64,000 nt of DNA. Origin: Blastocystis sp. Blastoise (taxonomy: Eukaryota > Protista > Bigyra: Opalinata). The notes beneath the pieces are model-generated. The model had not been told where the DNA came from. It saw only the letters and a list, made by a program, of their open reading frames with translations, and made no database searches. A program made the position numbers and the translations under genes. The DNA lies in assembly GCA_039096225.1 (NCBI GenBank), contig JBBPEB010000009.1, positions 186,001 through 250,000 of the forward strand, given 5' to 3'. Shown piece by piece: positions 53,372 to 64,000 of this stretch. Within the stretch, counting starts at the first letter, position 1. Each line of letters begins with the position of its first letter.

Positions 53372-56321
53372 ATGTTAGCTTCTTGCTTGAGAAAGACCCT
53401 CCCAACTATGGTCAGTCAATCCTTAAGAGCTGGATCATATGTAACTTCCAAAGTAACTGAAGCTGGAAAGACTATAAACATGGAAACATGCGATAAAATA
53501 GAAGATGTCTTTGGCATGTACTGTTTTAATGATGAAGCTTTAAGATCTGCTGTTCCCTCTAATACGTACGTATTTCGACTTCATTTTTTTTTTCTATGAC
53601 TGATATAACTCTCAATCTTCCTCTTATAGTTATGAGGTAGTTCGTAGAGCTCGTACCTGTAGCGATTGCGACATTGACAAGGAGAACGCTGATGTTGTAG
53701 CTCATGCTATTATGCGTTGGGCTCAATCTCATGGTGTTACTCATTATTCTCACTGGTTCCAACCTCTTACGGGTCAAACCGCTCAAAAACAAGATGCTTG
53801 TATGTATTTAATTTGTAGAATACATACATATTTTTTTCATCTTGTATTTTTTACTCTTTTAAAGAAAGTTTTTTATTCAACAATGTGATTATTTGTTAAT
53901 TGCATTTTTTTTATAAACAAATATATCATTATTTTATTCTTATATTCTTTATTATATCTAGTCTTAAGTTTAGAAAATGGAAAAGTTGTTTCTAATTTCA
54001 CTGGATCTAAACTTATTAAAGTAAAAAAATATTTAAATATTTATTTTTTAATTTTATATATATATTCATGTGAGCTTATGTATATATATCATATAGGGTG
54101 AGCCTGATGCTTCTTCTTTCCCTAATGGTGGTTTACGTGAAACTCATATTGCTCGTGGTTATACCGTTTGGGACCCTAATAGTTATCCCGTTATTGTTAA
54201 ACACGGTAATGGGTATGCTTTTATTATTATTGATTTTTATTTCATATATATATTTTTTTTTATTTATTTTTATTATCATTATTTTATTTATTTTTTCAAT
54301 TATTAAATCCTAATTATCATTGTGATAATAATTATTTATAGTGGTACTTTATATATTCCTTCTGTGTTCTTATCTTGGACTGGTAAGACATTAGATCAGA
54401 AGATTCCTCTTCTTCGTTCTTTAGATGCTCTTACTAATGAAACAAAGAAGCTCTTCTATATTCTCGGTAGACCTCAAAAACACATTCATGTTTATACAGG
54501 TGCTGAACAAGAGTATTTCTTAGTAGATCGTGATTATTATGATAAACGTATTGATTTACAATTAACAGGTCGTACTCTATTTGGTGCTGCTCCTGCTAAA
54601 GGTCAAGAACTTCATGATCAATATTTTGCAGATCTTTCTGTTCGTATGGTTGATTGCATTCATGAAGCTGAAATTGAAATGTGGAAAGTGGGTATTATGA
54701 CTGTCACTAGACACCGTGAAGTTGCTCCTGGACAATATGAAGTAGCTCCTCTTTATACTAATTCTATTCTTGCCACAGATCAAAACTTACTTACTATGGA
54801 TATCTTAAGAAGAGTATTTTATTATTTTTATTATTATATATTTTTATTATTATATAATGTTTATTATTATTATTATATATTTATTATTTTATTATTACCC
54901 TATAAATAGCATAAAAATAATAATATATGTTCTATAGACTGCTCATAAGCATGGTTTAAAGGCTATATACCATGAAAAGCCTTTTGCTGGTGTTAATGGT
55001 TCTGGTAAACATAATAACTTCTCTATTGGTACTGATGAAATTCCTTGTTTATTTACTCCTGGTGATAAACCTGAAGAGAATATTCCTTTTATGATTATGA
55101 TAGCTGCTGCTGTTCGTGCTGTAGATATGCATGGAGATCTCTTAAGAGCTTGTGTTTCAGGTGCTTCAAATGATCATCGTCTTGGTGCTAATGAAGCTCC
55201 TCCTGCTATTATGTCTTGTTTCTTAGGTACAGATGTCTCTGCTGCTGTTGATAAATTCTTAAAGAAAGCCGTTGAAGAACAACCTTCTTTAGATCTTGAT
55301 ATGGGTGTTGTTTCTCTTCCTCATATTCGTAGAGGAGGTACCGATAGAAACAGAACTTCTCCTTTCGCTTTTACTGAAAATAAATTCGAATTTAGAGCTG
55401 CTGGTTCTTCTCAACCTGTTGCTCGTTCTAATATCATTCTTAATACCATCTTTGCTGATTCTATTAGATATATAGATTTAGTTTTTTTTTTTTTTTTTTT
55501 ATTATTATTATCATTATTATTATATTTTATTATTATTATTATATTTTATTATTATTATTATATTTTATTATTATTATTAATTTCTAATATATATATTATA
55601 TACTTTAATAAAAATATCTAATATTATTTTTTATAGATATATTGCTAATGAGATTGAAGGTAGAAAATTGACAATGGATACAAATAGTGCTGTAGCTCAT
55701 GTTATTCAAGATATCTTTATAAAACATCAACGTGTTATTTTCAATGGTAATAATTACTCTGAAGAATGGAGACAAAAAGCTCATGAATTAGGTTTACCTG
55801 AAAATAGACAAAGTCCTGAAGCTATTGCTGCTTTTGTTTCTGAAAAGAATGAAAAGTTATTCTCTTCTTTTGGTATTTATACTAAAGAAGAACTTCAATC
55901 TCGTGCTAATATTCTTTGGGATCAATATACTAAAGAAATTACTGTAGAAGCTAAATTATACAGAGAAATGCTTCAAGATTATATTATTCCTACTAGCTTC
56001 AATGCTCAGACTAATATAAGTAGTTCTATTATTGCTCTTGGTGCTGCTGCCCCTGAACTCAATAAAGCTCCTCAACTCTCTCATGTTGCTTGTATTACTG
56101 AATCTCTTAATGCTTGTATTAAGAATGTAGATGTCCTTACCAAAGTTATTAATGAATTAAAGAATAAACCTATTTATGAAGCTCAATCTATTTTCTGTAG
56201 AGATGAAATCAAACCTTTATTTGAAGGTATTCGTGAACATGGAGATAGATTAGAAACTCTTATTGGATCTAAAGCTTGGCCTCTTCCTTCTTATGATGAA
56301 ATGCTTTTCAATCAATCATAA
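53372..56321 (+). CDS. glnN: Glutamine synthetase type III with mitochondrial-type presequence
   Basis: [76 protein letters not shown] and [11 protein letters not shown]. Confidence 0.96.
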
Positions 56322-56919
56322 TTCATTTAACATATATATATATATACTATTATTATTATAAATGTTGTTTATTTTCTCTTTTCTATATTTTTATTAAACA
56401 TGATTCTCTTTATATAACCATTTTTCCTTTTTGTCATTTTAGATAAAACGCAATAACTCATTCTATTTGTTTCTCTCCTATTTATCATGTTTTGTTTCTC
56501 ATTTTCACTAAATATATATCAATCTACAAGTAATCAAAGGCAATATTTCAAATACCTTTTCGATCTCATTTATACATTGCTAACTATATAAATATTCATA
56601 TGAAATAAGTCAACGTACGAAATTCTTTGCTTTTAAATAATGAATAGGAAATATAATTTGTAATTCTTCAAAGAAACAGAGATACTAAGTTTTAACAAGC
56701 TTTTAGTAATACCAATTCGCCAATAATTCTTGAAATACATATATTTTTCGTTATTTACCACATACTGTACACTAATTAACGATGGAAACATCAAATCGAA
56801 CATAATTATAACTATCTATCTGTTTTGTATTATCCATATATACAAATCTACACGTTTTAAGAGTTTTCTACATGAAGTAAAATTCAAAAAAATATAGATG
56901 AAAAAAGAAAAGTAAAAAC

Positions 56920-56992
56920 TGGAGAAGAGGGGCATCGATCCCCTTACCTCTCGCATGCTAAGCGAGCGCTCTACCATCTGAGCTACATCCCC
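56920..56992 (-). tRNA. trnA-AGC: tRNA-Ala(AGC)
   Basis: GGGGATGTAGCTCAGATGGTAGAGCGCTCGCTTAGCATGCGAGAGGTAAGGGGATCGATGCCCCTCTTCTCCA. Cloverleaf, G3-U70 pair, downstream T-run terminator. Confidence 0.96.
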
Positions 56993-57075
56993 ATATCTGT
57001 GATTTCTTCCTTAGTACTCCATTTGAATATATACAATTTAGAATATACATATGATTCTTTATATTTAATTTCAAC

Positions 57076-58029
57076 ATGCAGGACAAGAAAAACGAAATAA
57101 AAATTTGTATGCTACATAATAAATGAATACTGACTAATTTTATAGCCATAAAAAAGCGTCGTCGTCCTCAACTTCGTAAACATTCTATAGATAATGGTAT
57201 AAAATTTACTTTCTTATACTTTTCCATATTGTTATATATATATATAGATGATGAGGAAGATATTAATATGGATAAAATATATAAAACGAAAGAAATGCAA
57301 AAATATCGAGATCTTCGTCCTGAAGGATTGACAGATGAAACACTTTTATCTGCATCATCAAAAGAAAACAAAAAGTCCATCAAGGAACAAACAATAGAAG
57401 AAGCATTAAAACCGCTATCAGTTACCTATGATGAGTCTAAAGGAATTGACGTTGACACATTACCTATACTGTATGTCTATCAACAAATTATCATTCCTAT
57501 ATTTAGTTTTTCTGATATTATTATATCTTATATATAGTCGTGATTATATTTATGAAAAAATGGGGTCAAAACAGCAATCATCAAATGATAAAAACAATGA
57601 ACAGGATTCATCTGTATATATGATATTTCTCTAATAATGTTTATTTTATATTCACTCTTTATTGATATACAGTTAGATAATAGTAAAAAAGGAAATAGAC
57701 ATGGAACAATAACTTCGTTAAGTATTGAAGAACATATTCTTCCTGTTTCTTATAAAATGAGTAACATTGAAGCTACTGAAAAAGAAAAACGAAAAATGCT
57801 CAATTCTCTTTACAATGATGGCAAACGAACAATAGGTATGTATTGTTACTTTAAAATAGTATACATTGAATTATAAATTATATACATAACACAAATTGTT
57901 ACTATATTATACACTTTATTCTTCTTTTGTACATTCTTATTATACTTACATATATATATAGACTCTATTACATCGACAGATGATAATATATTTGATAAAA
58001 CAATAAAGAAACAGAAAATGGATTTGTAA
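57076..58029 (+). CDS. C9orf78: C9orf78/TLS1 (Hep59)-family splicing-associated protein
   Basis: KEMQKYRDLRPEG, DYIYEKM, IEEHILPVSYKMSNIEATEKEKRKML and STDDNIFDKTIKK match the family pattern. 6 exons. Confidence 0.75.
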
Positions 58030-58250
58030 TGTGTGTGTTATTTTTGTGTAAAACTAATTCAATAATGTATATAGAATAAATAAATTGATTTGTTCTCATT
58101 ATTTTCATTTAATTAATAAAAAAAATAATTAAAGACTAAAATAACATATTTTAGCAACGTTTATTAATAAAAATTATTTTTGGATTTCCATTTTTAACAT
58201 ATTATTTTACAATTCATCTTATAATTCATAGAATATATTTTTATGAGATC

Positions 58251-59021
58251 ATGAGTAAATCTACAAAAGGAAAAACAGGTATTTATTAGATTTTTATAAG
58301 AATGTTGATTCATATATATGTTATAGACAAAAAAGTTAGGATTATTTTACAATCTGGTGATTTTAAAGAAGGAATCTTAAATGGAAAAGGCTATACTGAA
58401 TACTCTGATGGCCGTCAATATGAAGGTAATTATACAAATGGAGTATTAAATGGTCAGGGAGTTCTAAAACTAGCTTCAGGAGATATATATTCTGGTGATT
58501 TCGTTAATGACGAAGTCAATGGAATGGGACGTTTAAGTCGAATGGATAATAGTTTTATTGTAGGAAAATTCGTTGGCACATATACACGTACAGAAGGTAT
58601 AATTCAAGAACATACAAGTGATGGAAGTGTTTATACTGGAACTTTAAAGAATTTACTACGTGATGGAAAAGGTCGTTTAGAAACTCAAGATAATAATGTA
58701 TATGATGGTGATTGGAAACAAGGATTACGTCATGGATATGGAACTGCTATATTCAGTAACGGTGATAGTTATACTGGTCAATGGTTAAATGATCAAATTC
58801 ATGGTAAAGGTATATATAAATGGAAAGATGGTTCTATTTATGATGGTGATTGGGTTAATGGAAAACAAACAGGACATTGTGAATGGACTTATTTTGATCA
58901 TAGTAAATATATAGGAAGTGTATTGAATGGTGAACGTAGTGGTAGAGGTCGACTAGAATATAATTCTAATTACTGTTTAGATGGATTTTGGGATAAAGAT
59001 CATTATAAAGGTCTTTTTTGA
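58251..59021 (+). CDS. MORN-repeat protein
   Basis: Multiple YxGxWxxGxRHGxG repeats. 2 exons. Confidence 0.92.
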
Positions 59022-59536
59022 GTTTTATTTCATATTATTCTTTTTTTGTATGTTTCATTCATTCTATTTTTCTTCTTTTTCTTTTTTCTTCTTTTGCATA
59101 CATTAATTATGGTTTTGTTTGTGAATAAATATATAATTATTATATATGAATAAATAAAATTTCAAAAATATCATTGCTTGTAGTATCACGTCAAATAATA
59201 ATATTTGTCAATAGTAAATAATTAAACAAGAATTCAATTATAACAAAACAAATTTATATAACAATTAAATAATGAAAAAAAAAAAATTTGCAAAAAAAAA
59301 AAATTAAAGAAAAGTGAAAAAAAATAAAAGAAGAAAAAATTAAAAGAAAAGTGAAAACAATAAAAGAAGGAAAAAATATACACATGAAGAGTAAATATAA
59401 AAATATGTATACATTATATAAATATAAATATGTATACAGTAAATAGATATAGATATATATATAATAAATAGATATAGATATATATATAATACATAAATAT
59501 AGATATGTATATAATATATATATATTAAATATAGAT

Positions 59537-59727
59537 GTCTTCAGTATATGTATATTCCATCAGAACTCACCTTAGGAACAATCCTTGGGACGAATCCTAC
59601 CCCAAAAGGATAATCAACTATAGTAAGGCCACCATAACCGCGGGGATGTTGACATTACATAGGGTAGGATTCGTCCCAAGGATTGTTCCTAAGGTGAGTT
59701 CTGATGGAATATATATATACTGAAGAC
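59537..59727. ncRNA. Long inverted repeat / hairpin (66-bp arms with one mismatch, 59-nt loop) downstream of the Dicer stop codon
   Basis: 59537-59602 is the reverse complement of 59662-59727 except at 59550/59714. The repeat itself is certain; an RNA function is inferred. Confidence 0.7.
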
Positions 59728-59994
59728 TAAATAGTTATAGAAAAATGAATATATAATACTCTTTACATATGAAGATGAACAAAAAAAAATTAGATAAATA
59801 TATAAATGAATATATAAATGAATATATAAATAAATGTATAAATATATATAAATAAATACGTATAAAATAAAAACAAATAAATAAATATAAATAAATATAT
59901 ATAAATAAATTATTTAAATAAATAAAAATTAGATATTACGAAAGAGACTATAATAGTTCATAAATCACATCAAATAATCATGAGAATTGAGCTA

Positions 59995-60320
59995 TTACAT
60001 GGGTTGTTGATCATACTCATCAAAAAAGTCGATTCCCGTGATTATCAGATATATATTTCTAATAAATAAGAGTTCCATCATAGTAAGGAGGTCTTCATCT
60101 TTAGGCTTGATTCCCACGGGAATTGACCCAAAATTACTAGATGAACTAGGCTTTATGTTTGTAGTTAGAGAAGAAGAAGAGGAAGAAGTAAGAGAAATAG
60201 TTAATGCATTAATATTACCGATACGAAGAATAATAATTTCTTCAGATCCTGATTTTTTCTTGTCAATAGTCGCGGGACGATTCTTGAATGCAGGAAATTG
60301 ACTTGCAATATCCTATATAA

Positions 60321-60367
<47 letters not shown>

Positions 60368-61443
60368 TACTTGGAAGACTTGAGAAATGGCCATTTTGGG
60401 AGTGTCCAGGAAGTCGTTTAAGGAAGGAGTGAAGAGGATATCTAGTACCTTCTTACAACTATAGAGATTATAATAATAATATATATATATATATATACTT
60501 AGACCATCCTCCATCTAAATATATACCTCCAACGAGTGCTTCAAATACATCTCCATATATCTATATATATATATATATATATTACTATATATATATTACT
60601 ATATATATACTTTGAGTGGAGCTGTATACACGGCCATATGCTGAACAAAGAATGACGGAGTACTACAGTCAGTTATCTATATATAATCATATATAATAAT
60701 ATTAATATATATAATAATAATATAGACTAGAATAACTGGAGTAGTTAATTATACATATATATATACTGATTCAAGAAGATTATTTTCAGGGAATAAAACC
60801 AAATATTTGATTATTTGGAAATAAATAATCATGGGAATTGAGTGATATTGATAGAAGCGATCACTGATATACTAATAAAAATAGAATATTAAATATATTG
60901 ATATATATTATATATATATTAGATTTTAAGAATAGAATAATATACGAATTGAAGCACGTGGACTTCACGATTTAAGAGGATATACTGTTGGAGTGACGTA
61001 CAAAATAATAGATGCGTCAGCATTTCGTTACGTACCAAAGAAGAACGAATTACTATATATGTACGTATAATAATAATAATAAATATAATAATAAATATAA
61101 TAATAATATAATAACAAATATAATAATAATATAATAATAAATATAATAATAATATAATAATAAATAGAATAATAAATATAATAATAATATAATAATAAAT
61201 ACAGGTGCAGTTTCCCGGGAGTGCCTTAAGATCTGTATAAATATCATTTGAAGAACATGTTTGCATATATTGTTGGAACACAGTCATTTTTTCATCGTTA
61301 TTCAATTGGCTATTTGAAATGATCGTTTTCTTCATCACCGGTGTCGAAGCCAAAACCGCGGTAATTTTATAGTTGATGGCTTGCGATATATATAAGTCAA
61401 CGAGTGCATCTCCTAGAAACTCTAATACCTATATATATATATA

Positions 61444-61498
<55 letters not shown>

Positions 61499-61713
61499 TA
61501 TAGTTTAGCCAGGAGTATCCTGCTGACTTATCGGTGAGGGCCATAAGCATGTACCCATACTCATGATAAGAGTAATGAAGTGTAGATTCTACATCACTGA
61601 TCATTTGACGAGTGTTACTATTTCCTCTTAAATATATATTAATATCACGAAATGACGTGACGAAGGCTGTGTGAACGTACGGAGAACCATTAGCGTACGA
61701 TGCTTTCATCTAC

Positions 61714-61749
<36 letters not shown>

Positions 61750-63041
61750 TGCATGAATTACAGCTGCATTATTCATATTAGTACAAAGATATTGACAAAA
61801 ATCCATTGTTTGTTCGTCCCCCGCGGTTATATTGACGCATCCGACGAGGGCTTCGAGAACATCCGAGCGCTGATCATCTGTAATCGCAGACGGAATTCCC
61901 GCGGGAACTACTTGTTTCGATTTTTGATTTGAATCTATATATATATAAATAAATATAATAGAATGAATATATATATATTATATACCTTTAAACAGGAATG
62001 GCTTATAATTCAGTATAATAGGAACAGATTTGAGGGGAATATATATATAACGATCAGAAAGAACTTTTTGAAAGGTCTTATTTTTAATCGTATCCTATAA
62101 TAATAAGTAGAAGGGTAACATGATATATATATATATATATATACTGTTTTCCACTTGGTTAAAACTTCTTCAGAAACAGATTTATACCAGAAGAATCCAT
62201 AGAGACTACTAAAGAACCTAAAGAGACAAAATAATCACGGGAATATATATATCATTATTTTGAATGATAAGTATAATAATAATAAATATAATAATAATAA
62301 ACATAATAATAAATATAATAAACAGAAACATAATAATAAATATACTAAACATAAACATAATAAACATATAATAAAATAAAATACTTAAGGAAAACATCTC
62401 CAAAGAATTCGAGTACTTCATAAGAATAGACGCTCATGTCACTTGATGTAAACACATTAAATAGTGTTCCTGCTGCGTCATTGGGGATTGTTAACGTGCT
62501 TAGAGAGGGGTTCTTGAGGGATTGAAGAGGAATGAATGTTCGTTTCAAATAATCGTGGGAATCGAACGGTTGAACCAAAGGAAGAGTGTAATTCATTTGT
62601 TTCTGTATATCGGTATAAATACGATATATATGGTTACACCAGAATAAATGATAGTAGAGGGAGTGCACGTGATTAAGCACAGTCATGTGTGACGCGTCAA
62701 GGATAAATAGTGAACAGTAGTACGGAACTATCACCTGATTGGCTGATGGTGACGAACTAGAGAGTATATATAATGATAATAAACATAATAATAATAATAC
62801 TAATAATAATAATGATTTATATACGTTTTCTTCTCTCTATAGGAAATAAATTCTTTGGTTTTTCTCTTTTGAGTTGTATTATTCACTGCCATATGTACCT
62901 CTGCGAGTGGCTGATATTGATATAAATACTGAAAAGAATAGGGATAATGAGGGATATTCCCGCGGGGAAGTTGGAGGGAATAATCAGGTAAATCTTGAGG
63001 ATCTACACGATATTTAGGCGATACACATTGTATATATGTTC

Positions 63042-63074
<33 letters not shown>

Positions 63075-63147
63075 TATACTTCTTTGCCTTATTAGAATTG
63101 AAAGAGGAGAAAAGATTTAAATCACATTTTAAGTTTTTAAATGAATA

Positions 63148-63218
<71 letters not shown>

Positions 63219-64000
63219 AAACATACAGAGCATTATTGTATACTGTGCCAAATACATATCTATCATAAATATCCGTGGGAATTGAAGAGAAAGGATGAGG
63301 TTCGGTTAATGTTGGTGGGGCGTTGTCGTTATCAGGATTATATCCACGTGGAGCGTTAGTCGCCGTACATTCCGCGAAATAATTATTCACATATTGTACG
63401 ATTTGTGCCATGGATTTATTGTTCGCAGCTGTTTGTGTTTGGGAACACAATTGATAAATGAGCAAATCAAATAACGTAACAGAGGGAGGCGACGGAGATA
63501 CTATATATAAATAATAATAATAATAATAAACATATAAATATATACAGAAAAAGTTGCATATATCTTCCATGACTTCCCATTGAATACTTCCTTTATATAT
63601 ACATATACTATAAATCACAGAAGCTTCTACTGTAGATGCCTCCATTCCCGTGGGGAAGAAAGGTTCTTCGTTGTCAACAGTAACACTCTTATCGTTATAC
63701 AGGAATTTCATAAGCACATAGTGATAACGGTAAAGCGCATGATATTGGGGGACAGAGAGGGTAAGTGGGGGATGAGGTGAGGGATTAGGGAAAAATATAA
63801 GTATAGGAATAGAAAGATAATTATTATAAATATTATATTTAAAAAGTAAAATAAAATAAAATAAAATATATATATGGATATTAGTGAATTTATACATAGA
63901 TCGTGAATCATCGAAGAGTTGAAGAGAGGGATAAGAATGATTCTGTTTAACAAGTGCTCCAAATCTCCAAGGAATAGAGAGTGATCGTAGATGGACATTG
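59995..64000 (-). CDS. Dicer-like endoribonuclease, 3' part (PAZ-like region plus two RNase III domains; 5' end outside the window)
   Basis: RIIIa YEVLEFFGDVFLK...RSDVLEALVG and RIIIb YNVLEFLGDALVD...YGDVFEALVGGIYLD, with catalytic acidic residues present. PAZ-like YQPLAEV...VPYYCSL. Last coding exon 60312-59995. Confidence 0.88.

Noticed and set aside
59535-59723. 62-aa plus-strand ORF over the hairpin
   Set aside because: It coincides with the inverted repeat and has no recognisable protein features.
61430-61496. Internal AG|GT in a Dicer intron resembling a recursive splice site
   Set aside because: The second segment is only about 16 nt, so a local tandem duplication is more likely.

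Overview
Extremely AT-rich, intron-dense eukaryotic (protist) DNA. The gene content and short introns suggest an anaerobic stramenopile of the Blastocystis/Proteromonas group (inference). I reconstructed about 21 spliced protein genes by hand and one tRNA-Ala(AGC). The genes include a PPR protein, TMEM19, BMS1, a MYST acetyltransferase, two tandem tetraspanins, a VARP-like VPS9 protein, SNRNP35, a glycosyltransferase-methyltransferase fusion, a bHLH factor, ALKBH8, a large secreted triple-repeat protein, mitochondrial RF2, PARG, GSIII, C9orf78, a MORN protein and the 3' part of a Dicer. Most notable: (1) a 66-bp near-perfect hairpin just downstream of the Dicer stop codon, probably in its 3' UTR, which could be a self-cleavage or small-RNA feedback element; (2) an intron-containing gene resembling a catalytically dead CRESS-DNA-virus Rep endonuclease domain; (3) a highly iterated GC-rich palindrome, (ATT)CCC[GA][CT]GGG(AAT), spread through exons and non-coding DNA; (4) a high density of U12-type introns (4 clear AT-AC, 1 candidate AT-AC, 1 GT-AG inside the minor-spliceosome gene SNRNP35); (5) two apparent AT-AG introns and introns made purely of (AT)n. 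All exon structures and family assignments are by eye, with no database searches.
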